64,000 nt of DNA from an uncultured Acidobacteriaceae bacterium (GCA_963790705.1 CAWBQE010000021.1:12806-76805); one strand, 5' to 3'. Positions 49,405-60,382 are shown, counted from the stretch's first letter. Numbers and translations are program-made. Notes: a model not told the origin generated them from the letters alone.

Positions 49405-52400
49405 TTGGCGGTGAACAAACTCAAGGCGCAGATACTCTCGAATCCCCGTCTTTCGTCTGTCGTGCTAGTCCTGCTGATGGGCTGCCTGGCAGCGCTTCCC
49501 TGTAGCGCGCAAAGCGCCGCGAATCTCTATGGCACGGTGACCGATGCGGGGGGAGCCGCCATTCCAGGCGCCAGCGTCACGGTGACCGACGTTGGCACGG
49601 CCGTGGCTACGAAAACCACGACCGATGGTTCGGGGAACTACAGCTTTCCCAGCTTGGCGCCGGCCGGATATTCCATCACCGTAGAATCGCCCGGCTTTCA
49701 GACAGAGGACATTAAGGGGATCACCTTGCTGGTGAACCAGAAGGCGCGCGAAGACGTCAAGCTGCAGGTGGGCTCGGTCGACACCAAGGTGGAGGTAACC
49801 GGGGAAGCGCCTCTGGTTGACACCAGCAGCGCCAGCGTGGGCACGGTGATCGACCAGCGCGAGGTGGTTGACCTTCCGCTGAATGTGCGCCGTTTCGGCG
49901 CGCTCGCCATCCTGGTGCCTGGAACCGTACCCGACGCCGGCGCGGGTGGTGTCAGCGGCGGCTTCGCAAATTCTAGCTTCGGATCACCCTTTAGTGAATC
50001 CACCTACGCCGCGAACGGGGCTCGCTCGTCGAGCAACAACACCCTGATCGACGGGGTCGACTCCCGGAATCTGACCTTCGGCGGATTCGCCGTTGAGCCG
50101 TCGCCCGACGCGGTGCAGGAATTCAAGATCCAGACCAATATTTACGACGCAGCCTTCGGCAAAACGGCCGGCTCAACCATCAACCTGATCACCAAATCCG
50201 GTACCAATTCGTTCCACGGATCGATCTACGAGTTTCTCCGTAACGACGTGTTGGACGCCTCGAACTACTTCAACCCGGTTAAGCCAGAGCTTCGCCGGAA
50301 CCAGTACGGCGCAGCTCTTGGCGGCCCGATCTGGAGATCGAAACATCTCTTCTTCTTTGGCAATTATGAGGGCCTGCGCCTGGTGCAAGGGTCATCCGCA
50401 ACCTCCCTGGTGCCCACTGCTAGCCCAACGAGCCGGAGACCTCAGCGGCCTGCTGACAGGGACCAACGCGAACGTGTGCGGCGTTGGCGGCCCCGCGCAA
50501 TACAGCTACGATACCGGCCAGCTCTTTAACCCCGCGAGTGAGACGCTGATCACCTGCGCCACCGGCACCGACGCCGGCCAGACCATACTGGTCGGCACAC
50601 CTATCCCGGGCAACCAAATCACGACCATCGACGGCGTCGCCGCCCATGTGCTTTCGCTGAATGCCTGGCCTTCGCCCAACCTGTCGGGGAGCGCCGGCGT
50701 TAACTACATCAACTCGGAGCCGGAGACCCGCAACGATGACCAGTACGACGCGCGTGTTGACTACGACATCAGCGAGAAAGACCAGGTGTTTGGCCGGTAT
50801 ATCCTCGGCCAGGCTAATATCGTTAGCCCCACCAGCGGCTACAGCACACTGCCGAGCTTCGGCGACAAGCTCTATTTCCGGGGACAGAATGTGGCCATTG
50901 GCTGGACCCACACCTTCGGCCCTCGTCTTCTCAACGAGGCACTCTTCGGCTTCCAGCGCGACTGGGATACAACAATTGCGCATCGTGTCCCCGGCCCGCC
51001 GGCTTCATGGAAGCCTTTGGTATCCAGGGTTTAACCGCCCTGTCGCCATCGCTCGAAGGCTTTCCACCGTTCGAGTTCAGCAATTTCTCTGCCATCGGCG
51101 ACTCCAACTATCGCCCGGTCATCAGCCCGGATATGGTGGAGAAATATCAGGACACTGTCACTATCACGCAAGGGCAGACAGACGATCATTGCCGGGGCGG
51201 ATATTCAACCCTGGCAGGTGTTGGTGAGCAGGCGGCTTACTCCCCGCACGGCGAGTTAGACTTCAACGGACAGTATGCCGCGCTGGCCGGCGAACTCAAT
51301 GGTGGTGTCTCCAGCCGCCTCCGACTTCGCCGACTTCCTGCTCGGCGCTCCACACGGGGCCAACCGCAGTCTGCACTTTGCAGATACCAACCAGGTGGGC
51401 GGCAACTTCATCAGCTTGTTCGCTCAAGATAACGTCAAGTTCACCCCCAACGTCTCGGTCAACGCCGGCATGCGTTGGGAGTACCGGCGGCCGGCGGTCG
51501 ACAAGCACGACAATTACGTGACCCTTGTGCCTACCGGGCCCAAGTTCAGCGGGCCGGGCAACGCCACCCTGGTGACGGCGGCGCCCAACGCGCAGAACGA
51601 CTCGTTCTGCACCGATCCAGCCTACTCGTATCTGACCACTACCGATGGGCGCTGTTTGATCGCTACGTCGGCGCAACGGGCGCAACTAGGATTTACCGGC
51701 CGCACACAGCAATCACTGATCTTTCCCGTGCATCACGATTTCGCCCCGCGCCTAGGGGTCGTTTGGCGTCCTACGGCATCGGACAAACTTGTGCTGCGCA
51801 GCGGCTACGGCATCTTCTACGACTTGCCTAACTTCAACAACCAGCACTTCGTCGATAACAACCCGGTATTTTCTCCGTCACAGACTGTTTATTACGCACC
51901 AAGGGACAGACGCCGACTGTGACGAGCGAGACCGTATTTTCCGGAGCAGGCATCCCCAAGCTGTCGGACCAATTCATCTCTCTGTATGTCGAGCCCCACT
52001 ACCTGGCGCCTTATTTCCAGCAGTGGAGCTTCGGCATTCAAAGCCAACTTTCCAACGACTGGGCAATGGACATTGCCTATATCGGAACCAAGGGGACCAA
52101 GATCGGGAACCTGCACCTCTCCGGCAACCAGGCGGAGCCGGGCACAACCCCTCTGCAGTCGCGCCGTCCGTATGTCGACCTGGGGACCTCGCTGTACACG
52201 ACCTCGGATGGGAGCTCCAGCTATAACGCCTTTCAGTTCAAACTAACCAAGCGGTTGAGCCATGGGCTCAACTTGCTCACCGCCTATACATTTGCCAAAT
52301 CCCTCGACAACTCGGAGGGCGACGAAGGCTTTGGCGCGGGCGCCAACGATAGTAACCTCCCGCAGGACGACAACAACCTGGCGTTCGAGTGGTCGCGGTC

Positions 52401-52948
52401 TTATACCGATGCGCGCCACAGGATCGTGGTCAACGCCATCTACGATCTTCCCTTTGGCAAGGGAAGACAATTTCTCAACGACAAAAGCGTGGTGAGCGCC
52501 ATTGTGGGTGGATGGGAGGTATCCGATATCACCTCCTATCAGACCGGCTATCCGTTCGCCGTGCTTGGTCCGGATTTCTCCAACACCAACTCCAGCTCTC
52601 CTCGTCCCAACCGCACTTGCAGCGGCGTCGGCTCGAAGAGCGTTACCAACTGGTTCAATCAAAACTGCTTCTCCGTTGCCGGATCGGCCTCTGATCCGAC
52701 CTTCGGCAATTCACAGGCGCAACATCCTCGATGCACCTGGCCAGTCGAATTCAGATATTGCTGTACTGCGTCATTTCAATCTGTTCGATAAGGCCGATAT
52801 GGAGTTCCGGGGCGAATTCTTCGATGCCTGGAATACCCCCTACTTTGCGCCTCCTGCCAATAACATTGGCTCGCCGACGCTTGTGGGAAGGATTTCAAGC
52901 GCTAATGATGGACGTGAGATCCAGGTCGCACTGAAGATCGTTTTCTGA
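49405..52948 (+). pseudogene. TonB-dependent receptor with a CarboxypepD_reg domain, broken by at least five frame changes
   Basis: Six consecutive ORFs in alternating frames (49405.., 50318.., 51007.., 51275.., 51919.., 52502..52948) read colinearly as one receptor. The sequence runs: signal peptide, LYGTVTDAGGAAIPGASVTVTD, plug, then ...LVQGSSATSLVPT/AQRAGDLSG..., ...FGFQRDWD/..PAGFMEAFGIQG..., ...ALAGELNGG/SPAASDFADFLLGAP..., ...QTVYYAP/KGQTPTVTSETVF..., ...DPTFGNS/RRNILDAPGQSNSD...REIQVALKIVF. Confidence 0.85.
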
Positions 52949-53084
52949 TCAGCGGGGCAAACATGGACGGCGAAGCGCCCGGCAAATCGGGCGCTTCGCT
53001 ATCTGTAGGCAAAACGGAAGTTGGAACCAGCAGCAGGCTCTCAGGTACGATTAAAGGACGGGCCCGCATTTCGGAGTTCTTTTC

Positions 53085-54311
53085 ATGATGGTCAAAGTCT
53101 CGAGAACACTCGCTATTTCGTTGCTCCTCACCACATCTTTGCTGTTTGCCCAGACTCCCAGCGGCGCGAAGCCGAAGCCACGAGTGGTGGTGATTGGCGT
53201 GAATGGCATGGAGATGGATGTCCTTCGGCCTCTGATTCTCCAGGGCAAGATGCCTAACCTCGCCAGCGTGATCAAGCGTGGCGCATACGGCAAGCTGCGC
53301 ACTGTTTCTGCGCCCAACTGCCCGCGGGTTTACAGCACTCTTTTCACCAGCACCTCCCCGGAAGAGCATGGCGTCACCGGTTTTATTGTCGGCGGAGTCA
53401 CGGCTAACACGAACATGCTGAAAGAGGAGCCGATCTGGTCGATTCTTTCCAAGAATCACGTGACCGTTGGCATGGCGAATGTACCGGCGACCTTCCCGGT
53501 GATGCCGGTGAATGGATATATGGTCAGCGGTATGCTCACCCGCGGCAAAAACTGCGAGGACGGCGTGCTGTGTGCTCCGAAGCTATCCGAAGTGGAAGGC
53601 GGGAGCGCTGTATATCCAGCGTCGCTCAAGCCTGAGTTGATCAAGAACGTGGGTGACTACTACGTCGATTGCGAGCGGATGCCCTCGGCCGAGGAGTTGC
53701 AGGGTCATGAATCGGAAGTCATCAATGCATGGCTGAAGAAGGTAGACTTGATTCGCGAACAGCAGACACGGCTGTTCGACTATCTTTTGCAGAACCATCC
53801 CACCGAGTTCACCTGGCTTGGTCAGTCTTGCGAAGACCGCACCGGCCACTGGCTCTATCCTATTGCGCCTTACAACGCAGGGTATAACCCGAAGATCAAC
53901 GCAGTCCGGGTAAACGCCTTTCCTGACCAGTACGTTGCCTTCGATAAAGTGCTGGGAAGTATCCTGAAGCATATCGACGAGAATACGTATCTCTTCATCG
54001 TATCGGACCATGGCATCAAGCCATTGAGTGAGTTCGAACAGACCGACCCCCACATGCACATGGACCACGAAAAGACTACCCCGGTTATCGCCAAGCACGA
54101 TTTTGCCGATGGAGATGAAGTTCCAGGAACGTTCTTCGCCATGGGGCCAAATATCAAGCACGATCTGCGGCTGATGGGGCTTGAAGCAAGCGTCTACGAC
54201 ATAGCGCCTACCATCCTCTCCCTGTATGGGATTGAAGAGCCAAAACAAATGCATGGACATGTGCTGACTCAGATCTTCGAAGGGTCCGGGGACGTCGTGG
54301 CGCAGAAATAG
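53085..54311 (+). CDS. Alkaline-phosphatase-superfamily protein (type I phosphodiesterase / nucleotide pyrophosphatase-like), exported
   Basis: Signal MMVKVSRTLAISLLLTTSLLFAQ, then PRVVVIGVNGMEMDVL and LFIVSDHGIKP (metal-site SDHG). Confidence 0.7.
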   Translation: MMVKVSRTLAISLLLTTSLLFAQTPSGAKPKPRVVVIGVNGMEMDVLRPLILQGKMPNLASVIKRGAYGKLRTVSAPNCPRVYSTLFTSTSPEEHGVTGFIVGGVTANTNMLKEEPIWSILSKNHVTVGMANVPATFPVMPVNGYMVSGMLTRGKNCEDGVLCAPKLSEVEGGSAVYPASLKPELIKNVGDYYVDCERMPSAEELQGHESEVINAWLKKVDLIREQQTRLFDYLLQNHPTEFTWLGQSCEDRTGHWLYPIAPYNAGYNPKINAVRVNAFPDQYVAFDKVLGSILKHIDENTYLFIVSDHGIKPLSEFEQTDPHMHMDHEKTTPVIAKHDFADGDEVPGTFFAMGPNIKHDLRLMGLEASVYDIAPTILSLYGIEEPKQMHGHVLTQIFEGSGDVVAQK

Positions 54312-54329
54312 CCGGCAGGCCCACGGCGA

Positions 54330-55900
54330 GGCGGGGCGGCCGGAATCATCATCCATAGATACCCCAGCCCTTCCGGGCTGGGCTCCCCACGGGCAGGCAC
54401 GTTTGGCCGTCGGCCATCGAGGCGCCCCAGGACTGCGTCCTGTGCTACTTTCAGCCAGAGCTGTCCAAATTAGCTTTTTCGATCGACCGATTGGACAGCA
54501 AGCTGAAGTCGAATGAGCTACCAGGTGTATCGCGATCAGTCCCGAAGGGACGGCTGAGAGTAGCCCAGGACGTAGTCCCATAAGCGCTAACTTGTTTAGG
54601 ATGTTTTTCGTCAAAACTCCTACAAAATCGTCATCCTGAGCGGAGCGCCTCACAGATTTAACGCTTGACACAGCGCTTGTAGCGCGGAGTCGAAGGACCC
54701 CGGCAGCGCTTATCTTACCCATGCTGCTCGGAGCTTTTCAACCACCGAAGCCCGAGAACAGGATCTGCTGCGGTACGCACTCGATGGTCACGGGTACATC
54801 TTTCCATGCGCTCTAATCATCTTCCATCCCCAGGTCTGTGCAAGGCCGGCCCTAGCTAGCAAGATGCTAGCAAGTTCTTGGTTCCCGCCCCCAGGTAAAG
54901 ACCGTGGTGGATCCGCCCAGAGCGGGCTTCGGTGGTTGAAAAGCTCCAGAGCGGCATGGGTAAGATAAGCACTGCCGGGGTCCTTCGACTCCGCGCTACC
55001 AAGCGCTGTGTCACGCAATAAATCTGTGAGGCACTCCGCTCAGGATGACGATTTTGCGGCGAGTTGGAGATGCTAAAAACCAGCGTCTTCTCAGATTTCT
55101 TTTGTCTGCCGAACAAGTTAGCGCTTATGGGACGTAGTCCTGGGTTTGTATGCGAGATGGACCAGTCCCGAAGGGACGGCTGAGAATGTCCCAGGACGGA
55201 CCCGAATTTCCTGTGCAGCTTGGTGGAGAACCAAGGAGCCTCGTGCGGCTTTCCGTGAAGAAAGCCGCATACGCAGACCTGTCTAGAGTAGCGTGCAGGA
55301 AATCCGGGGTCAGTCCTGGGTGAATCTGGGGCGCACGCGAATGCGGACATGCGATCACCAGAACCCAACCCTGTTCTCTTTGAACCCAATGCCGTTTCAT
55401 GCAATCAACGGATTACCCGCACGCGCAACCCGATTTATTCGCTAATTTGGACAACGATGCCTGAGAATATCCCAGGACCCGCGTCCCTGGGTACACTCGG
55501 ATGGGAATACAAGTCGCTGAGGACGTCTCTTTGGACCATAGGATTGTTGATTGTCGCGCGGACTCGTCAGCCCATCAGAGTAAGCCCAGGACTACATCCT
55601 GGGATATTCTCAACCGTCCCTGGCGGGACTGTTCCTGGCTCTCATTTCTACCCAGGACTGACCCCGGATTTCCTGCTCGCTGCTTTAAACAGGCCTGCGT
55701 ATGCGGCTTTCTTCACGGAAAGCCGCACGAGGCTCCTTGGCCCCACCAGGCTGCACAGGAAATCCGGGTCCGTCCTGGGCTACTCTCAGCCGTCCCTTCG
55801 GGACTGATCGCGATAGGCCTTGATAACTGATTTCTTTTCAGCAAGTGCTGTCCATATCGGCGGACCGAAGAGCTAATTTGGATAAGTCTGGATCGCATTT
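54330..55900. repeat. Non-coding repeat island. It has a long imperfect inverted repeat (arms 54564-54754 and 54923-55144) plus several copies of the same REP-like modules seen at 28-29 kb.
   Basis: The core arms 54623-54754 and 54923-55054 are reverse complements with about 10 differences in ~132 nt, by eye. The modules cagtcccgaagggacggctgaga..cccaggac and gcggctttc..gaaagccgc..caggaaatccgggg occur in both orientations (54537-54571, 55163-55315, 55586-55805). Confidence 0.85.
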
Positions 55901-55946
55901 GTCTACGGTGCGCCTTGGACAGGCAAGGCGATAAATCCCAGCCGCG

Positions 55947-57948
55947 CTAGCGGCGATGTTGCAGGGTCTCCACTTGGGCACGCACTTTTTCTGCATCGGC
56001 AGTGCGGCCCAAGCCCACGTAAGCCTGAACAAGCAATTGAAGCTCGTCCACGGTTACCGATGCATCCTTGACGTGTGGTTCCAGTAACTCAACGACATCG
56101 GCGAATCGCTTGTCTTCGAGATGCTCTTCGGCAAGCGAGAGCAATGCGTCCCGGTTGGCAGGGTTCAGAAGAAGAACCGCTTCGAATTGATCTTCCGCTG
56201 CCGCCCGATCGCCGGATTTCAAGTCGATGTGGGCGAGCAAAAGGCGAGCGTCGAGTTTCTCCGGCGATTGAGTGACTGCAGCTTCGAGCGCCTTTCGCGC
56301 GCCTTGCAAATCGCCCAGCTTCTCCAGTGCCTGCCCCTCGTAGAGGGCCGCCAATGCATCGTCGGGATGCGCCTTTCGTGCGCGTTCAAGATGGTCGGCC
56401 GCTTTTCGATACTCCCCGGAATTGAATTCCAACTCTCCCAGTTGCCGCAAAGCGGGAGGGAAATCGGGATCTAGCTGCAGGACTTTCTGCAGCGACAACC
56501 GTGCATCCGGGGAACGGCCCTGGTCGACCAACATCATCGCGGAATGGAGCAGGTTCTGCTCCTCGATTTTGTCTTTGGGATCCGGCAGTGATGAAAATTC
56601 GGGAACGTTGGTCGAGGTCTTCTTATCGCCTGGTCCGAGGTAGCCCAGAGCGCGAAGTTCGCTGAGCGTGGCGCTCCCCGCTGTACCTGTTGATGGCGAG
56701 ACATGTGGAGGCCGCATCGGGGACGAGGCCAATTCGGTGCGGAGGTGTTTCACGGTTTCGTTCCAGGGCTCGTATTCATTCGTGAGCTCGGCAGGGTCTT
56801 TGACCAGGTCATAGAGCTCCGGCCGCGGTGCCTCGATGAACTTGAAGCCGCCTTCGCGGACCGCGCGCAGCGGCGCCCATCCGAAGCTCAGGGGATAATC
56901 CGTCTCAGCAAAAACCACTCTGTCGCTTTCTTTTGCCTCTTTGAAGTATCCACTGAGCGAGCGTCCGCTCAAATGCGGACGGAGGAGGAATGCTGAGCAG
57001 ATCAAGGACAGTGGGGAGGATGTCGGTTGTTTCTACTTGCGCCTGCACCACCTTTCCTTCCTGCGCCATGGCGGGCTCTTTAGGTTCCCCGCTTATGGGC
57101 AATTTGATGAGCAGGGGCACATGGGTCGTTGAATCGTAGAGGAAGATACCGTGAGTTTGCTCGCCGTGTTCTCCGAGTCCTTCGCCATGATCACCGACCA
57201 CGATGATCAACGCGTTGCGATACCTTTTTTCACGCTTTAGATAGCTCAGCAACTTTCCCAGCGCGGAATCCGCGTAAGCGATCTCGCCGTCGTACAAACG
57301 GTCTTTGTAAATCTGCGAGTAAGGTGGCGGCGGTTCGTATGGGTCATGAGGATCGTAGAGGTGGACCCAGACAAACCGCGGCTTCTGGGGATGAGCTCCC
57401 ATCCATGCTTCGGCGCGATGCACTACATCGTCGCCGCGGCGCTCCACCTGTCCCCAATGCTTTCCTTCGCCCGAGTCTGACGGGAAGTTGTCGTAATAAT
57501 CGAAGCCTCTGTCGAGCCCGGGAGCAAGCGTGCGAGAGTCGAGCACCACGGCACCAATAAAGGCCGCCGTTTGATATCCGTTTTGCTTCAGCAACTCGGC
57601 CCAGGTCGGATACGTCTTGGCCAGTGGGATCGCGAAGTCGGTGACGCCGTGTACGCTGGGCAGCAGGCCAGTCAGGATGCTGGTGTGCGAAGTATTCGTG
57701 ATCGGGCTAGGCGTGAAAGCCTGAGCAAAGCGAATGCCATCGCGGGCTAAAGAATCCAACGCGGGGGTTTGGATTCGATCGTCACCGTAGCAGTGAACAT
57801 GGTCGGCGCGAAGCGTATCGATGGTCACCAGATAAACATCGGGCGAAGGCAAAGAGCCAGTAACCACCTGGGCCGGAGAGAGGGTCGCTGCAACCGCGAT
57901 AGTTCCTATCCACCCTCGGAAAGTCCTCATTGGAACCTGGCGTAGCAT
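55947..57948 (-). pseudogene. Sulfatase-like hydrolase fused to C-terminal TPR repeats. One frameshift lies near 56970-56985.
   Basis: ORF 56905..57948 reads VYLVTIDTLRADHV..PSPITNTSHTSILTG..VGDHGEGLGEHGE..ILPTVLDLLSIPPP. ORF 55947..57005 in another frame continues HLSGRSLSGYFKE..FKFIEAPRPELYDLVKDPAE, followed by TPR repeats. Confidence 0.8.
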
Positions 57949-58012
57949 GGCGACAACCGCTTCATGAGTCGCACCGAGCTACCTTGGAAAGCATGGCGTG
58001 GCCTTTATTTGC

Positions 58013-59260
58013 TTAATGCGTTCCATCCGGAGAGGCAGGGGTATCCTTTTTGGGGGAGAGACCCAGTTGCTGGGTTGCGTCGCCCCTGTTGCCCGCGGCT
58101 GCCAGGACGCTTTCTTCTTTGCTCCGCTTTTCCGCCAGCAGATTCTTCGTGCTTTCAAGTTCCTGCTCAGCCTTGGCCGGTTGGTTGAGTTGCCGGTAGA
58201 TCTGAGCGAGTTGATAGTGCGCCTCAGCATTACTTGGATCGAAATGGAGCGACTCCTCCAGTTCGCGCTCCGCCTCCTGCGGGCGACCGGTCTGGGTAAG
58301 AGCCTTGCCCAAGTCTCGCATGGCGCGAGCGTTTCCTGGATCCTGGGCAACCACGGATTGCAGGAGCGGAATAGATTGCTGTGGCTTCTGATCAGAGAGA
58401 TACGTATGGCCAAGATAGAACTTGGCTTCGGGGAAATTGGGATCGAGTTCAAGGGCCTTTGTCAGCTCCGCCTCGGCGTCGGCAAAGCGGCCCACCTTCC
58501 AATACATAAACCCGAGCGAGAAACGGACCGTGGGATCGCTGGGCTGTTGTTGCCGTGCAGCCTCAAACTCATCGATCGACTTGCCATAGTCCGCCAGGCC
58601 GTCGTAAGCCTGCCCCCTTAGGATGTGGACCCAGGGCGAGTTTGGATCGGCGGCTGCGAGTTTGTCGAAGGCCACGAGCGCCTTGTTAAGGCGCTTCGTC
58701 TGGAGATAGGCGCGGCTTAACAGGTAGAGGTTTCCAGCGTCTCCTGGACTTAGCTTGGCTACCCGCTCCAACACCGGGATTGCGTGCTCGTAGTCTTCTT
58801 GCCCAACGTAGGCGAGCGCCAGCAATTGGCAGGCTTGCATGCTCGTCGGATTTGCCTGCACAGCTTGCTGCAAGGGCGCAGCCGCCCGTTTGTAATCCTG
58901 AGCTTTGAGATAGGCGATGCCGAGATTGAGGTTGGTGCCAAAGTCCAGAGGGCTTATCTGGAGCGCCCTCTGATAGAACTGAATGCCTTCCCGGATTCGG
59001 CCTTGGCGAACATAGAGTGCGCCGAGGTGGTTCAGAGCGGCGATCGACTTGGGATCCAGCGCCAGAATGCGCTGGTATGCTTCGGCGGCTTCAGCCGACC
59101 GGCCCTCGCGCTCCAGTTGCTCGCCCTGGGCGCCAATGGCCTGAATCGACTCCTGCGCGCGCATCGGGTGGCCGCACAGCGAGGCGGCAAGCACCAGCGC
59201 ACCAGGAAGATATCTGCGTCTCAACATAATTTTCGAGAGAATCCCCAGCCGGCGCCCCAT
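58013..59260 (-). CDS. Tetratricopeptide (TPR) repeat protein, exported
   Basis: Signal-like LPGALVLAASLCGHPMRAQ, followed by about 10 TPR units (AEAAEAYQRILALDPKS.., GIQFYQRALQISP.., EFEAARQQQPSD..). Confidence 0.8.
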   Translation of the reverse strand: MGRRLGILSKIMLRRRYLPGALVLAASLCGHPMRAQESIQAIGAQGEQLEREGRSAEAAEAYQRILALDPKSIAALNHLGALYVRQGRIREGIQFYQRALQISPLDFGTNLNLGIAYLKAQDYKRAAAPLQQAVQANPTSMQACQLLALAYVGQEDYEHAIPVLERVAKLSPGDAGNLYLLSRAYLQTKRLNKALVAFDKLAAADPNSPWVHILRGQAYDGLADYGKSIDEFEAARQQQPSDPTVRFSLGFMYWKVGRFADAEAELTKALELDPNFPEAKFYLGHTYLSDQKPQQSIPLLQSVVAQDPGNARAMRDLGKALTQTGRPQEAERELEESLHFDPSNAEAHYQLAQIYRQLNQPAKAEQELESTKNLLAEKRSKEESVLAAAGNRGDATQQLGLSPKKDTPASPDGTH

Positions 59261-59572
59261 CTAGTGTAGTGCGTCATGCAGATGGATGTTCACCCACCCG
59301 GGGTCTGCCCCTTGTTCCCTCACAAGAGTCCAATTAACCCAAAGTAACCTCCGAAACGATAACCGTCGATTCAAGAAAAGACTCTCGGCGGCTAGATCCG
59401 ATTCCGCAGCGCATCAGATCCTGTTAGAAGACGATTTCGGCACCGGTTGGCTCTCGCGGACCGCTGGCTGGCCGGCAGTTGCCGGTAGTTCTGGCCTAAG
59501 CGCGAGCGAAGGACAGTCTCATCGCTGTCCGGTGTCACACCCGATCCCTGTCCCAAATTAAGCAATCCAAGC

Positions 59573-59597
59573 ATCCCGCCGCGGCGGGATTTTTTTA
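59573..59597 (+). terminator. Intrinsic terminator: perfect 18-nt palindrome plus a T8 run
   Basis: atcccgccgcggcgggat followed by ttttttt. There is no plus-strand CDS upstream of it. Confidence 0.6.
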
Positions 59598-59666
59598 TGC
59601 ACCCCATCGCGCTTCCAAGCGCAGTGGAAAACCTCTGTCCCTAATTCTCTCAATTCAGGAGCCACT

Positions 59667-60382
59667 ATGCCAAAAAATAAAGTAAGCGACCCCATCACCG
59701 ATCAGGAAATCAGCCTTTGCCCGCCTGGTCCTCTCTGGCGCCATGACCGACCGTCAAGCCGCCGAAGCTGCCGGCCTCAACCCCGACTCCGCCGCCTACA
59801 CCAAATCCAAACCCCATGTCCGCGCCTACATGCTCCAGCACCGCGCCGCCGTGCAGCAACAGCTCGTCCAGCAGGAGGCCGAGGAACTGCACCGGCTGAA
59901 CCTGGGCCGCGAACAAGTACTAAACCGCCTCTGGGAACTCGCCGCCCTCAGCCCCGAGATGACCCGAAACAGCATTACCGGCCAGGTAAAGGCCATTTCG
60001 ATAATCGTGGCCATGCAAAACTTCATCCCCGACCGTCGCGCCGTCTCTGCGGAAAAGAAATCAGTCCCTGCGCCAGTCAACGCGCAAATCTATGAATCCG
60101 AGTGGCTTCGCAAGCAGAAGGCCACAACCATCGACCCGCAGCCACCCCCCCGCCCAGCAAGAAGATTCACCTGCCGTCCCCGAACCCGTTCCCGCCCGCC
60201 CCGGCGTGCCGTGGGGCCCAGTGGCAGAGGCGCCTCCGGCCCCCGTCCCCAGTCAGCCCGCCTTCGCCCATCGCGTTCCCCTCGCGGACGGCGTGGCGCC
60301 TTATGTCCCCCAGTCCACTTTTGTTCCAGACACCAGAGTTCCTTTCTCTATCAAAGTGAATCCCTTTAAGCACCGCCGCTGA
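59667..60382 (+). pseudogene. Phage terminase small-subunit-like (HTH) gene remnant with one clear and one possible frameshift
   Basis: ATG at 59667 with AGGAG 6 nt upstream, giving MPKNKVSDPITDQEI. The next frame gives AFARLVLSGAMTDRQAAEAAGLNPDSAAYTKSKPHVRAYM...LGREQVLNRLWELAAL, which follows the Terminase_2-like pattern (LTxKQxxFxxxxxxGxxxxxAAxxAGYS...). The Pro-rich tail is open in all three frames after a C-run near 60135-60150. Confidence 0.4.

Noticed and set aside
59330-59600. tmRNA (ssrA) next to the phage-like remnant. The string cgaaacgataac resembles a GCAAACGAYAAC tag start, and tcccgccgc resembles a tRNA-like 3' end.
   Set aside because: There is no GGGG...CCACCA acceptor pairing and no GGTTCGA T-loop. 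The putative tag frame (NDNRRFKKRLSAA) does not end in a stop and is atypically basic. The tcccgccgc string is simply one arm of the terminator palindrome.
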